From NCBI RefSeq assembly GCF_006345805.1, contig NC_042998.1, forward strand, positions 201,500,001 to 201,564,000: a stretch of DNA of 64,000 nt, in the 5' to 3' direction. The translations under genes and the position numbers were made by a program. Numbering within the stretch: the first letter of the stretch is position 1; each line of letters starts with the position of its first letter. The DNA is from Octopus sinensis (lineage: Eukaryota). The notes under the pieces are model-generated. The model was not told the DNA's origin and ran no database searches. It worked only from the letters and a program-made list of their open reading frames with translations. Positions 1 through 12,541 of this stretch are shown here, piece after piece.

Positions 1-699
1 TTAATTGAACAATGCATTGCATACATATCAACCTATTGATCAATAAACGCATTTTGTTACAAGGGCTGGTGTCATTTAAATATATCAGCTTTAGAAAGTA
101 GGATGGGAAAGATCAGAAAAGAGGGACGAGTGCTGTCGTCAATGAAAAATCACTATGAAAATGTATATTCCTTTACACTTTTACAGTCAAATCCCATATT
201 CGGTGTAATTCCATATTTTGCAAGAACAAACATTAAACATTGTTACAATATTTCCTAAATTAGGAAAATAAAATCGGAATAACAAAAAGATAATATGGTA
301 CTGTTTATAATTCAATATATACTCGAAGCGCATTTAATCAAACATTATAAATGAATTCTGTATTACTATGCATATCGTATATTTCGCTGTAAGCTACTCT
401 GTAGAATATAAATGATATAATAAAGTAGAGCCTATTTTATATATATTTTGAGTACCCTTCATACTTTTGCAGTATGTATTATAATCAGTGGTTAAACGGT
501 TCTAGTATTTTCGCTCGTGTATATGTAAGTTCTATATGAACAACAGTTGTGGAAATCCCAATGTGATATGTAGGTTGCGATGGGTAAATTGTTGTCATTT
601 TATGTTTCTAATTTCGCGCATACACTTTGATTGCTTTTGATTTTGTTTACTACACAGTATAGTAGGGCTAGTTGGGCACCATGTGTGAGAAAAGCAGCA

Positions 700-1035
700 C
701 CATGATACAGTTCACTCTACCAGAAATTTGGAAACGGCTTTCGAGTCCGAATCTCCTGTACGAACATTTTAGAGCGTTTGGGTATCAAAATGTGGAATGT
801 GCAGAAATTGGGAAAGTGTTGGATGTGTCTAATGGTGGTTATGAAGGGAGGGCAGCTGGGATACTTACTCTGATCATTCTGATTAGAAAAGAACTGCAGA
901 ATATTCTGGCGAGATCCAGGATGTGATTGACATCGATCCCTCCACGTCTATCAGGTCCATCGCCAGGGACATGTAAATGTCAGAAGGGTAGTGCATGAAG
1001 ACATTCAGTATTCCTCATACACGATGAGAAAGGGT
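700..1035 (+). mobile_element. Decayed Tc1/mariner-superfamily transposase N-terminal (HTH) fragment
   Basis: Frameshifted translation KRTAEYSGEIQDVIDIDPSTSIRSIARDM...VVHEDIQYSSYTMRKG resembles Tc1/mariner HTH regions; ends at the CR1 3' tail. Confidence 0.7.
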
Positions 1036-2522
1036 TGTTAGTTAGTTAGTTAATTTTTTGGCTCAAATAGCAAAAAGCAAGGCCATGTAGGGGGACATGG
1101 AGTTATGTACAGGGTGGTGTTCATGTAAAGAGTTCAGGCGACTTGTGGTCAAGGGAGACTTTGAACCGAGCGGTCGTCGGCATCTTCACCATCTCGTCCG
1201 GCAGTTTATTCCACGGATCCGCAACCCAGACGGAGAAAGCCCTTCTCCTTCGATTGAGATGAAATCGTCGCAGGTAGAGCTTTTCGGAGTGACCCCACAG
1301 CCGACGCTCTGGAGCAGGAGTGAAGAACAGCTCTTTCGAGAGGTTACACTTTCCGCTTATGATGTTGCGAGCAAGAATGAGATCACAACGGCGTCGTCGT
1401 TTTTTCTAGAGAATAACGGTCGAGCGTCTCCAGCCTTTCTTCATAAAACAAATGCTTGAGACCAAGAACCATGCGGGTAGCCAGCTTCTGGACTCTTTCG
1501 AGATGATGTATGTCTTTGAGGAGATAAGGAGAAGAGGATTGAATCCCGTACTCCAGCATGGGTCTCACCAGCGTGACATAGAGCGGTAGGAATATGGCTG
1601 CTGTGAGCATTCCGAATGACCGTCGAATCAAGAACAGATCTCCGCGTGCTTTGTTGGCAGCATAGACGCACTGGCCGAAGGCGAAAAGGGAGAATCCATC
1701 AAGATACCCAGGTCCTTTACCTGGTCGGTCCTCTCCAGCAGCAGACGACCCGGCTCGAAATCAAGTTGAGTTGCAGGAGAAGTGCCAACAGGCAGATGGC
1801 AGCACTTTGACACGTTCAGACTCAGATCCCATTCGTTAGACCATCTCCAAATTTGGTGGAGGCATCGACGAAGATCCTCTATATCACCGCGAGGAGCGAA
1901 CAGTTTAACATCATCAGAAAATAGAAGGGTGTGTTGCGTGAGGTTATCGGGCAAGTCATTTATGAAGACTAAGAACAATAAGGGCCCAAGTACTGAACCT
2001 TGAGGCACGCCACTGCCCGCACTGGAGACATCGGACAGTGAACCATTAACTTGGACTTGGAAGGAGCGATCTGAGAGGAAGGCACCAACCCATCGTACAA
2101 TATCCGGATGGAAACTATATGCTTGAAGCTTGACAAGTAATAGGCGGTGGTTTACCGAGTCAAAAGCTTTGGCAAAGTCCAATAAAACGATGTCAACAGC
2201 ATCACCAACAGTAAGTTGGTCAAGCATGGTCTCTTCGGCACGAAGCTGTGTTGGGAATCAGAGATAGAGGCTGTGTTTTGGAGGTGGAGCATCATACTTT
2301 TCTTAAGGATGGTTTCGAACATCTTGCTGATTATTGAAGTAAGGGAAACCGGTGGGTAGTTAAGCGGCTCTTCGCGGGTCCCTTTTTCGAAAATTGGGCA
2401 GGTTATCGTTGTTCTCCAGTCCGCAGGTATAACACCCGTCGCCAATGACATATTGAATAGACGTGTTAAAGGCTCGCAGATGACCAGAGCCAACGCTTTG
2501 ATAACCCGTGGGTGTATACCGG
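1036..2522 (-). mobile_element. 5'-truncated CR1/L2-group LINE, RT domain and 3' end (frameshifted)
   Basis: NYPPVSLTS, LDFAKAFDSVNH, SGVPQGSVLGPLLFLVFINDL, LFSDDVKL, VKDLG, LVRPMLEYG, LERVQKLATR; (TAAC)n tail at ~1037-1052. Confidence 0.93.
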
Positions 2523-2629
2523 TGTTAAGCAGCGATAGGAGACAAACGCAAACACACACACACCCACGCACACACACATACACGCATACGCGCAGACACA
2601 CCTACACAGAGATATAAATAAATAAATAA

Positions 2630-2673
<44 letters not shown>

Positions 2674-2679
<6 letters not shown>

Positions 2680-2791
2680 ATCACGAGACCGACCAGACCA
2701 TCAGATGTTGTTACACACAGCTGGTCACAATGCGTTCGCATTGTTTTAGCCTTCAGATGACGCCACCCCGCTGGCTAAGCGAGCAGGCCAA
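2674..2791. repeat. Short (TA)n-flanked interspersed repeat, probably a LINE/SINE 3' tail; second copy at 6643-6760
   Basis: GC-richer island between TA tracts with the hairpin acaatgcg-tt-cgcattgt; duplicated in copy 2. Confidence 0.5.
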
Positions 2792-2829
2792 TATATATAT
2801 ATAATATATATATATATATATGTATATAT

Positions 2830-2984
2830 ATACGTCAGTTTTCTTTTCAGTTTCTGTATATCAAATCCACACTCGCTAAGCTTCGGTCGACTCTAGGGTG
2901 TAGTAGAAGATAGTTGATCAAAGTGCCACGCTGTGGGACTGAACATGTTATTATGTGGTTGAAAATAAGCTTCTTACCACACTG
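2830..2984 (-). mobile_element. Degenerate SINE family A head (second copy ~6885-7037)
   Basis: gtgccacgctgtgggactgaac...cttaccacac matches the reverse complement of the family A head. Confidence 0.75.
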
Positions 2985-3806
2985 TCAGAGAGAGAGAGAG
3001 GGATAGAGAGCGAGAGTGGCGAGAAAGACAGACAGACAGAAGAGGAGAGAGAGAGAGAGAGAGAGAAAGTGATAGAGGCAGATAATATTGCTTCTCGCAT
3101 GCTATATCTTTAAACACAGATTTGGTGAGCAGTTGATGAGGCTATTTGGAGCCATTCTTCAAGTGAAACACTGGAACTTTTCATCGATAATAGATGGCAA
3201 AGCGGTTTCTGTCTTGCTCCTGCAAAATAATTCACAATTCTACGTTTACACTTTGATTGTAGGCAACCTATAAGCTTTGTACCCTTGATCTTCGTTTGGA
3301 GTGTGAGTACATGTTTGTAAGAGGATTGACATTATCAGAAATATATTTAGATAATCCTCGGCATTATGCCGACCACATTGAAAACCTAATGCACCAACCA
3401 ACCTCCTTGAAATAGCTGGCACAATTCTCACAGTTTTCTGCTTGTGTGACGATGAGCTGTCTCGAGTTATAGGCTCCTCCCGATGTGGGAAAAAAAAGGT
3501 GAATGATGTTTCATCGCAGAAACACGATTGTTCAATTGAGATTTTCACAATTCTGATATACAAAGCACTACATTTTTTTTTCCGATTATCACTGTTGAAG
3601 GGGATCGGACTGGAGATGTTCAGAAATTGCAGCCTTCTTTTCTATTCGATCTTATGGAGCTTACGACGTATGGGTTTCGTTGATACTATATTATTAGCAT
3701 TATCCTGCGTTTGAGAGTTTAAAGTCACTTACTTCTTTAACTTTCGAAGACATCTCAATGCTTTTAAAGCAAACTTCGTTTGTTGTTTACGTTCATCGTG
3801 ATTTGA

Positions 3807-3901
<95 letters not shown>

Positions 3902-3988
3902 ATATATATATATATTTATATAATTTATATAATGTATATATATAATATATAAAAATATATATATATATATATAATATATATATATATA

Positions 3989-4201
3989 GTTAATCCAAAC
4001 AAGAAAGCACAGAAAAACACAACAACATGAGGACGTGGAACAAATATAGTATTATTGGACGCTCAGGAAAGAAGGAAAGAAGGAGGGTTTAACGTTTCGA
4101 GCGGAGCTCTTCGTCGGAAACATAGGAGAAGGAAAGATCCAGAGATGGGAAAACATAGGGGAAAAAAATCCCCAACGGTACACACGTGGTCCCATTTTGA
4201 A

Positions 4202-4204
<3 letters not shown>
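3989..4204 (-). mobile_element. (TA)n-embedded ~215-bp element (family H1) with a minimal hammerhead-like motif at 4087-4121
   Basis: Minus strand gttt-CCGACGA-agagc-tcc-gctc-GAAA-cg-TT-aaac; flanked by (TA)n on both sides; six copies in the window. Confidence 0.8.
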
Positions 4205-4239
<35 letters not shown>

Positions 4240-6041
4240 TTCACTTTTTACTTGCTTCAGTAATTAGACTGCGGCCATGCTGTGTAGGTGGGTATGTGTT
4301 TATTGAAAATTTAAAAAAACACACGCTTCTGATACATCAAGAATATCAAAGTCCAATTGCTCTCTGTATTGATCTATATGCAATGTGGTATTTATAAACG
4401 TATTGCACATGAGTAATATGCACCGACATTAGAGATGATCTCAATGAATAAAACTCACATGTATGCTTCATGGCATGAGTGTAAGCTAAATGTACATCCC
4501 ATTATTATGTGGAAAATTAATTCTTTCCTTTATAGAGTGTTCTCGTCTGATAAACATCGTAATGCATGATATTTATTCTATACAAGCATATAGCGTACAA
4601 TAAAATGGCACTTCTGTTGCAAGTAATGTTGCGGTAATTCAAGGCATCATAAATGTATTTATACCTAAGTTTATGTTTCTCGATTTCCTGTATTCAGTTT
4701 CTTTTAAGTTTTATGTCCTATAACAACTTCAGGATGTGGAACCATTTATATAAATTATGTAACTTGTTTTTAAATTATACTGTAGCGCATGTTCTGCTAT
4801 AATCACAGATGTTGATTTTCTCAGAGAAGTTTTCCCTAACTGTAGCGATAACAGCATTAGATTTACTTGTATCAATCCCAATGTGTAATTAACAATATTT
4901 AAACTACATCAATGTGTATGACTTTAATGACCCTCTGAAGTAAATATACATTGCAGATACGGTGACATATTTTCAGCTGGGAAATAGGAAATAAATCTTA
5001 TTCTTATTTTATTACATTTTGCTCTATGTGAGACTTGTGGAATTATGTAGGTTAAAACCAAAACATCTTAAAATTCGAAATATATTATCCCGCCTGTATA
5101 TGCTATTAACGATATTTACCTATCAACAATATTTCAATTTTCACTGAGAACATTGAACTATTCAACTATTAGTAATTACTGTAGGTTACAAACGAAATCT
5201 TATACACAAACGCATATACAATCATCTACATAATTCCATGGAAAAATATTCTACAATACATCTCAGAAATTCCTTGCAGGTAATTGGAATAGATTCATCT
5301 ACGAGAGATGTTTGGTGTTTGAAATAGCAATCAACAGGCACTAAAATTTCAGCACATCTAAAACAACGGTAAGTACTCATATAATAATATGATCACAGAA
5401 AAACTGTGTGTGTGTGTGTGTGTTTTTCAAAATAATCAACAAGGATATCTAGAGGTAATGCAGTACGATCGTTTCATGCGACTCCATTTAATTGAACAAT
5501 GCATTGTATACATATCAACCTATGTATCAATAAACACATTTTGTTACAAGGGCTGGTGTCATTTAAATATATCAGCTTTAGAAAGTAGGATGGGAAAGAT
5601 CAGAAAAGAGGGACGAGTACTGTCATCAATGAAATAAATCACTCTGAAAATATATATTCCTTTACACTTTTATAGTCAAATCCCATATTCGGTGTAATTC
5701 CATATTTTGCATAAACAAACATTAAATTTTGTTACACACACTTTAATGTATTCATTGGCACATACAGCGACACTGGTACAGCTATACATTATATTGCGTA
5801 TCAAACTTACCTCATCACTGATTGTTCCTTCTATAAAATCGAAATAACAAAAAGATAATATGGTACTGTTTATAATTTAATCTATGCTCGAAGCGCATTT
5901 AATCAAACATGATAAATGAATTCTGTATTACTATGCATATCGTATAATTCGCTGTAAGCTACTCTGTAGAATATAAATGATATAATAAAGTAGAGCCTAT
6001 TTTATATATATATTTTGAGTACCCTTCACACTTTTGCAGGG

Positions 6042-6322
6042 TTCGGCACGAAGCCATGTTGGGAATCAAAGATAGAGGCTGTGTTTTGGAGGTGGAGCAT
6101 CATACTTTGGTGGAGGCATCTTGCTGATTATTGAAGTAAGGGAAACCGGTCGGTAGTTAAGCGGGTCTTCGCAGCTCCCTTTCTTGAAAATTGGGCAGAT
6201 TATCGCTGTCCTCCAGTCCGCAGGTATAACACCCGTTGCCAATGACATATTGAATAGACGTGTTAAAGGCTCGCAGATGACCTGAGCCAACGCTTTGATA
6301 ACCCGTGGGTGTATACCGTTGT
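6042..6322 (-). mobile_element. CR1/L2-group LINE fragment (duplicated copy)
   Basis: GIHPRVIK...PADWRTAIICPIFKKG...NYRPVSLTS; paralogous to 2233-2522. Confidence 0.9.
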
Positions 6323-6414
6323 TAAGCAGCGATAGGAGACAAACGCAAACACCCCCCCCCGCACAAACACATAGACGCATACGCGCAGACACACCTACAC
6401 AGACATATAAATAA

Positions 6415-6451
<37 letters not shown>

Positions 6452-6455
<4 letters not shown>

Positions 6456-6625
6456 GTGAAATAGAAAGATGAATAATCTTGTAGTAGATTAATCAACAGT
6501 TTAACCGATACCTTAGTAGCAAAAATCACAGCAGTAAACGACACGGTTGGAGGTACAACCATCTGGCGTTGCAACCGTGCGTTGGTGCGGATAATTGAAA
6601 TTAAAACAATTCACCAATAATGTTA
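6452..6625. mobile_element. (TA)n-embedded insertion absent from duplication copy 1
   Basis: The orthologous TA tract (~2633-2674) is empty; shares ttaaccgatacct..gtagcaaa and acggttg with 8191-8335. Confidence 0.7.
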
Positions 6626-6759
6626 TATATATATATATATATATCACGATCACGAGACCGACCAGACTATCAGATGTTGTTACACACCGCTGGTCACAAT
6701 GCGTTCGCATTGTTTTAGCCTTCAGATGACGCCACCCCGCTGGCTAAGCGAGCAGGCCA

Positions 6760-6799
<40 letters not shown>

Positions 6800-6833
6800 A
6801 TATATATATATAAATAAATATATAAATAAATAA

Positions 6834-6887
<54 letters not shown>

Positions 6888-7037
6888 GCCTGTTTTCTTT
6901 TCGGTTTCCGTATATCAGATCCAAACTCGCTAAGCTTCGGTCGACTCTAGGGTGTAATAGAAGATAGCTGATCAAAGTGCCACGCTGTGGGACTGAACAT
7001 GTTATTATGTGGTTGGAAATAAGCTTCTTACCACACT

Positions 7038-7082
<45 letters not shown>

Positions 7083-7135
7083 GAGAAAGACAGAAGAGGA
7101 GAGAGAGAGAGAAAGTGATAGAGACAGATAATATT

Positions 7136-7369
7136 TATTTCTTTACTACCCACAAGGGGCTAAACACAGAGGGGAGAAATAACGACAGACAAACGGATTA
7201 AGTCGATTACATCGACCCCAGTGCGTAACTGGTACTTTTTTAATCGACCCCGAAAGGATGAAAGGCAAAGTCGACCTCGGCGGAATTTGAACTTAGAACG
7301 TAACGGCAGACGAAATACCGCTCAGCATTTCGCCCGGCGTGCTAACTATTCTGCCAGCTCGCCGCCTAC
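7136..7369 (-). mobile_element. tRNA-derived SINE family B (GGCGGCGAGCTGGCAGAA head), full length with TSD
   Basis: B-box-like GTTCAAATTCC; TSD gataatatt at 7127-7135 and 7370-7378; empty site at ~3081-3089. Confidence 0.93.
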
Positions 7370-8112
7370 GATAATATTGCTTCTCGCATGCTATATCTTT
7401 AAACACAGATTTGGTGAGCAGTTGATGAGAGCATTTGGAGCCATTCTTCAAGTGAAACACGGGAACTTTTCAGCGATAATAGATGGCAAAGCGGTTTCTG
7501 ACTTTCTCCTGCAAATTAATTCACAATTCTACGTTTACACTTTGATTGTAGGCAACCTATTAGCTTGTACCATTGATCCTCGTTTGGAGTGTGAGTACAT
7601 GTTTGTAAGACGATTGACACTATCAGAAATATATTTAGATAATCCTCGGCATTAGGCCGACCACATTGAAAACCTAATGCACCAAGCAATCTCCTTGAAA
7701 TAGCTGGCACAATTCTCACAGTTTTCTGCTTGTGTAACGATAAGCTGTCTCGAGTTATAGGCTCCTCCCGAGGTGGGAAAAAAGGGTGAATGATATTTCA
7801 TCGCAGAAACACGGTTGTTCAATTGAGATATTCACAATTCTGATATACTAAGCGGTACATCTTTTTCCGATTATCACTGTTGAAGGGGATCGGACTGGAG
7901 ATGTTCAGAAATTGCAGCCTACTTTTCTATTCGATCTTATGGAGCTTACGACGTATGGGTTTCGTTGACATTATATTATTAGCATTATCCTGCGTTTGAG
8001 AAATTAAAATCACTTACTTCTTTAATTTTCTAAGACATCTCAATGCTTCTAAAGCAAACTTCGTTTGTTGTTTACGTTCATCGTAATTTGAATTTATATA
8101 TATATATATAGA

Positions 8113-8190
<78 letters not shown>

Positions 8191-8192
<2 letters not shown>

Positions 8193-8548
8193 TAGTTGAA
8201 TGAATTATCTTAGTATGGATAATTCGGTTAACCGATACCTGGGTAGCAAATTCACGTCAGAAAAAAACGGTTGAAGCTACATGCCAAGGGCAGAGATCAC
8301 GTGCTTTCGTGTGGAAATTTGTGTGTTTTTTTAAATACAAATAAATGAAAGAATGGAGTTGAACGACGATTTAACAAAATTCCTTTATTCTCGACATATG
8401 TTTCGAAGGCTGCATATTCCTAATTTCGAGAAGGCGGCATAATGCACCCCTTATTCCTTCGAAATTAGGAATATGCAGCCTTCGAAACATATGTCGAGAA
8501 TAAAGGAATTTTGTTAAATCGCCGTTCAACTCCATTCTTTCATTTATT

Positions 8549-8552
<4 letters not shown>
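8191..8552 (+). mobile_element. (TA)n-embedded fold-back element containing the 3' part of a hammerhead motif
   Basis: 94-bp inverted arms 8336-8429 / 8459-8552 with 1 mismatch; GA-gaaggcggcata...tatgcagccttc-GAAA-catatg-TC-gagaa at 8428-8500. Confidence 0.75.
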
Positions 8553-8580
<28 letters not shown>

Positions 8581-8584
<4 letters not shown>

Positions 8585-9034
8585 ATCCAAACAAGAAAGC
8601 ACAGAAAAACACAACAACATGAGGACGTGGAACAAATATAGTATTATTGGACGCTCAGGAAAGAAGGAAAGAAGGAGGGTTTAACGATTCGAGCGGAGTT
8701 CTTCGTCGGAAACATAGGAGAAGGAAAGATCCAGAGATGGGAAAACAGAGGGGAAAAAAATCCCCAACGGTACACACGTGGTCCCATTTTGAATGATATA
8801 TATATATATATATATATAGTTAATCCAAACAAGAAAGCACAGAAAAACACAACAACATGAGGACGTGGAACAAATATAGTATTATTGGACGCTCAGGAAA
8901 GAAGGAAAGAAGGAGGGTTTAACGATTCGAGCGGAGTTCTTCGTCGGAAACATAGGAGAAGGAAAGATCCAGAGATGGGAAAACAGAGGGGAAAAAAATC
9001 CCCAACGGTACACACGTGGTCCCATTTTGAATGA
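8581..9034 (-). mobile_element. Two tandem copies of family H1 (8581-8796, 8819-9034)
   Basis: 238-bp period, separated by (TA)n; hammerhead-like motifs at 8679-8713 and 8917-8951 both carry GAAA to GAAT. Confidence 0.85.
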
Positions 9035-10569
9035 TATATATATATATATATCTTTCACTTTTTACTTGCTTCAGTAATTAGACTGCGGCCATGCTGTGTA
9101 GGTGAATATGTGTTTATTGAAAATTTAAAAAAACACACGCTTCTGATACATCAAGAATATCAAAGTCCAATTGCTCTCTGTATTGATCTATATGCAATGT
9201 GGTATTTATAAACGTATTGCACATGAGTAATATGCACCGACATTAGAGATGATCTCAATGAATAAAACTCACATGTATGCTTCATGGCATGAGTGTAAGC
9301 TAAAAGTACATCCCATTAGTATGTGGGAAATTAATTCTTTCCTTTATAGAGTGTTCACGTCTGATAAACATCGTAATGCATGATATTTATTCTATACAAG
9401 CATATAGCGTACAATAAAATGGCACTTCTGTTGCAAGTAATGTTGCGGTAATTCAAGGCATCATAAATGTATTTATACCTAAGTTTATGTTTCTCGATTT
9501 CCTGTATTCAGTTTCTTTTAAGTTTTATGTCCTATAACAACTTCAGGATGTGGAACCATTTATATAAATTATGTAACTTGTTTTTAAATCATACTGTAGC
9601 GCATGTTCCGCTATAATCACAGATGTTGATTTTCTCAGAGAAGTTTTCCCTAACTGTAGCGATAACAGCATTAGATTTACTTGTATCAATCCCAATGTGT
9701 AATTAACAATATTTAAACTATATCAACGTGTATGACTTTAATGATCCTCTGAAGTAAATATATATTGCAGATACGGTGACATATTTTCAGCTGGGAAATA
9801 GGAAATAAATCTTATTCTTATTTTATTACATTTTGCTCTATGTGAGACTTGTGGAATTATGTAGGTTAAAACCAAAACATCTTAAAATCCGAAATATATT
9901 ATCCCGCCTGTATATGCTATTAAAAATATTTACCTATCAACAATATTTCAATTTTCACTGAGAACATTGAACTATTCAACTATTAGTAATTACTGTAGGT
10001 TACAAAAGAAATCTTATACACAAACGCATACACAATCATCTACATAATTCCATGGAAAAATATTCTACAATACATCTCAGAAATTCCTTGCAGGTAATTG
10101 GAATAGATTCATCTACGAGAGATGTTTGGTGTTTGAAATAGCAATCAACAGGCACTAAAATTTCAGCACATCTAAAACAACGGTAAGTACTCATTTAATA
10201 ATATGATCACAGAAAAACTAAATTCTGTTTATAAATTACAAATACAGGGTTAAATATGCCTGGTTGAACAGATTGTACGAGTTAACATGTTCTAAGCTAT
10301 ATACTCCGAGTATGCGATTTTTGGAATATATAGAGAGTGTGCAGAAGAAGATGATTATCTGTAACAAAATTACCGGAAAAATTAAAATGTATCACACAGA
10401 CACACACAAATACCCACTCACACACACTCACACACACTCGCAAACGTAAACACACATGGACTTGATGTTGTCACATTTTTTTAAATACATTTTTGAAAGA
10501 GTATTAAATGTTTAAATTTTTATTTAGGTAACAGAATATAGATATTATTTGGCGTAGAAGTATTCTCAT

Positions 10570-12541
10570 TAGGGTGGAGCGAAAAATGCAACTTTCGAAA
10601 TTGGTAACCAAAAGGCGATATTCTGTTGCTAATGAGAGTCAAAAAAAAGATTCATTGAGAACTTTGCATTTAGATATTTATTTCATTCCCCGCAACGCAA
10701 TAACAAACATTTTTAATCGTTCTTTTTGATCGAAATTTGGATTTCATAGATTACTAGCAGTATCGCCCGGCGTTGCTCGGGTTTGTAAGGGAAATAACTA
10801 TGTAAGCATTTTTAGAGAGATATAGCCAAACAATAGCAAAAAAATGCATTGAAAATGGAAAAAAAATGATGGTAAATTTTGTTTTAAATCGCTGACTCGT
10901 CGTAGACATTTTTAGAGAGTTAGTTCCCTTATATAGTAGCGAAAAAATGCATTACAATGGAAAAATATGATGGTAAATTTTTTTTAAAATCGTAGACTCA
11001 TCGTAGACGCGCTCTAATACCCAGAAGGGCTCGATATGAATCACGACTATAAGATACCCGGTTTTGGCTACACTGCACCGCAAAATGTGGGAGTAGTTAG
11101 GAATCTAAATCGTAGGAGACAGACACACAACTTCACTTTTATATATAAAGATAAGTCGTAACAATTACAAACTTCTAAATAGCGGAATTCAATATAGTAG
11201 ACAAAATTAACTTAAGAGGTTTTAAACCAAGTGCCTGTAGAATGTACTAATATCTTAAGGTTCCGCATTGACTATAAATGCAATGGGAGTGTGAACTCCC
11301 CTCCAGTGCCGCTGCAACGGTCAATGCGTGTGGACGTACGTCGCACGTTTGTAAAGATTGCTGTTTTGTACCTTTTCTTTAGGTCATTCCATTAAAATTA
11401 ATGACCGTATTAAATTTAGAGTTGTTTACATTTAGTCATGAATGAGATGTCAATAACGCGTCATGCTATTGAATGCTCCATATTTGGTACTCCATGCGAT
11501 CTTAGTGAGCGAGTTTTGCTAACTTACAAGGACGTACTAAAATGTGTTTTATGTGATCGAGACAAAGAAAAGAATGTAAATAAGAAAGATTCTTTAATTA
11601 AACAAATTGTAAAGATTGTAAGCAGAGAAGATCATTCTTCTTTGGCAAAAAGGCATCTTACGATTGAGTCAGTTAAACCGAAAATCTTAAACTTTTATCT
11701 AATGTACCAAGTGTTACTAAATCTGTGAAAAATAGAAAAAAATATGTGCCATCGTTTCAATCAAAGTGGAACGTGTTTAAAAACAATGCAACAAAAGATT
11801 TACTTCACATTTCCTGTTACAAGTGCAATTTTTTTAAAATCTGCAATTGTAGTAGAGACAAAAAGGTCCCACAGGGAGAACAAAATTTATTACTGGATCA
11901 ACGGACAAATCAAAAAATGATCATCAGGGGAATAGATCAAGAAGTACCTAAGCAGAACTTTCAGATGTTGATTAGAAAATATCGGCCAGATCTCTGTCGG
12001 CCTTCTATGTGTTATTTAGTTATATGGAAATATTTCGAATAAATTGAGAATTTTAATTATTTTTATCAGCAAAATTTGTCGAGAATCAAAAATTGGTTTA
12101 CACATAATTTTACTTCACTGTGCTTAATCTAGACCTCATGTAACACATATATTCGGTGACCTTGTATTAAAGATAATAAAGAAAAAGTCAAAAAGTCTAT
12201 TCATTTTACATAACTTCGAAATTTCAAGTGCGATGCGCAGCTTCAAGATATAATAAATTTTATACCTTGCGATTTTAGCAATTCTATTCCCAAACAATTT
12301 CACAAAAGAGAATCGATTCGTAATAATGGATGTAAATATAAAAAGATGAGCGGCAAACATGTTATAAATTGATTTTTCGCTTTTTATTCAAAATTTCAAG
12401 CGGGCTGCGGAGCCTAAAGATGTAAATTTAAGAACTTCAGATTTTAACACTGTTGTTTTTAACTAATTTTGCAATAAAAATATATCCCTAAAAGTATATT
12501 TGAAAAATCTGTGCAAACAGTACCTTTTTCGCTCCACCCTA
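10570..12541 (+). mobile_element. Internally deleted hATm-like DNA transposon with a decayed transposase N-terminus (11438-12000)
   Basis: TIRs TAGGGTGGAGCGAAAAA / TTTTTCGCTCCACCCTA; 8-bp flanks attctcat / atgcgtat (5/8 match); protein CSIFGTPCDL..LLTYKDV, CYKC..CNCSRDKKVP..EQNLLLDQRT..KMII.GID; superfamily assignment from memory. Confidence 0.7.
10754..11151 (-). mobile_element. Non-autonomous Helitron nested in the hATm-like element
   Basis: Minus strand: 5' A|TC, subterminal hairpin CCCGAGC-AAC-GCCGGG, 3' CTAG|T; no TSD. Confidence 0.85.

Larger units (their letters stand above)
1..5405 (+). repeat. Tandem segmental duplication, copy 1 (begins before the window)
   Basis: 1-470 matches 5488-6039; 2233-3810 matches 6042-8093; 3989-5405 matches 8819-10219; both copies end at atatgatcacagaaaaact. 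Confidence 0.95.
5406..10219 (+). repeat. Tandem segmental duplication, copy 2
   Basis: Colinear and highly similar to copy 1; lacks ~471-2232 and has extra segments at ~6452-6625, 7136-7369, ~8191-8552 and an additional copy of the ~215-bp element. Confidence 0.95.

Noticed and set aside
8581-9034. Repeat-spacer (CRISPR-like) interpretation of the tandem units
   Set aside because: Eukaryotic context, ~215-bp units, spacers are only (TA)n, and there are no cas genes.
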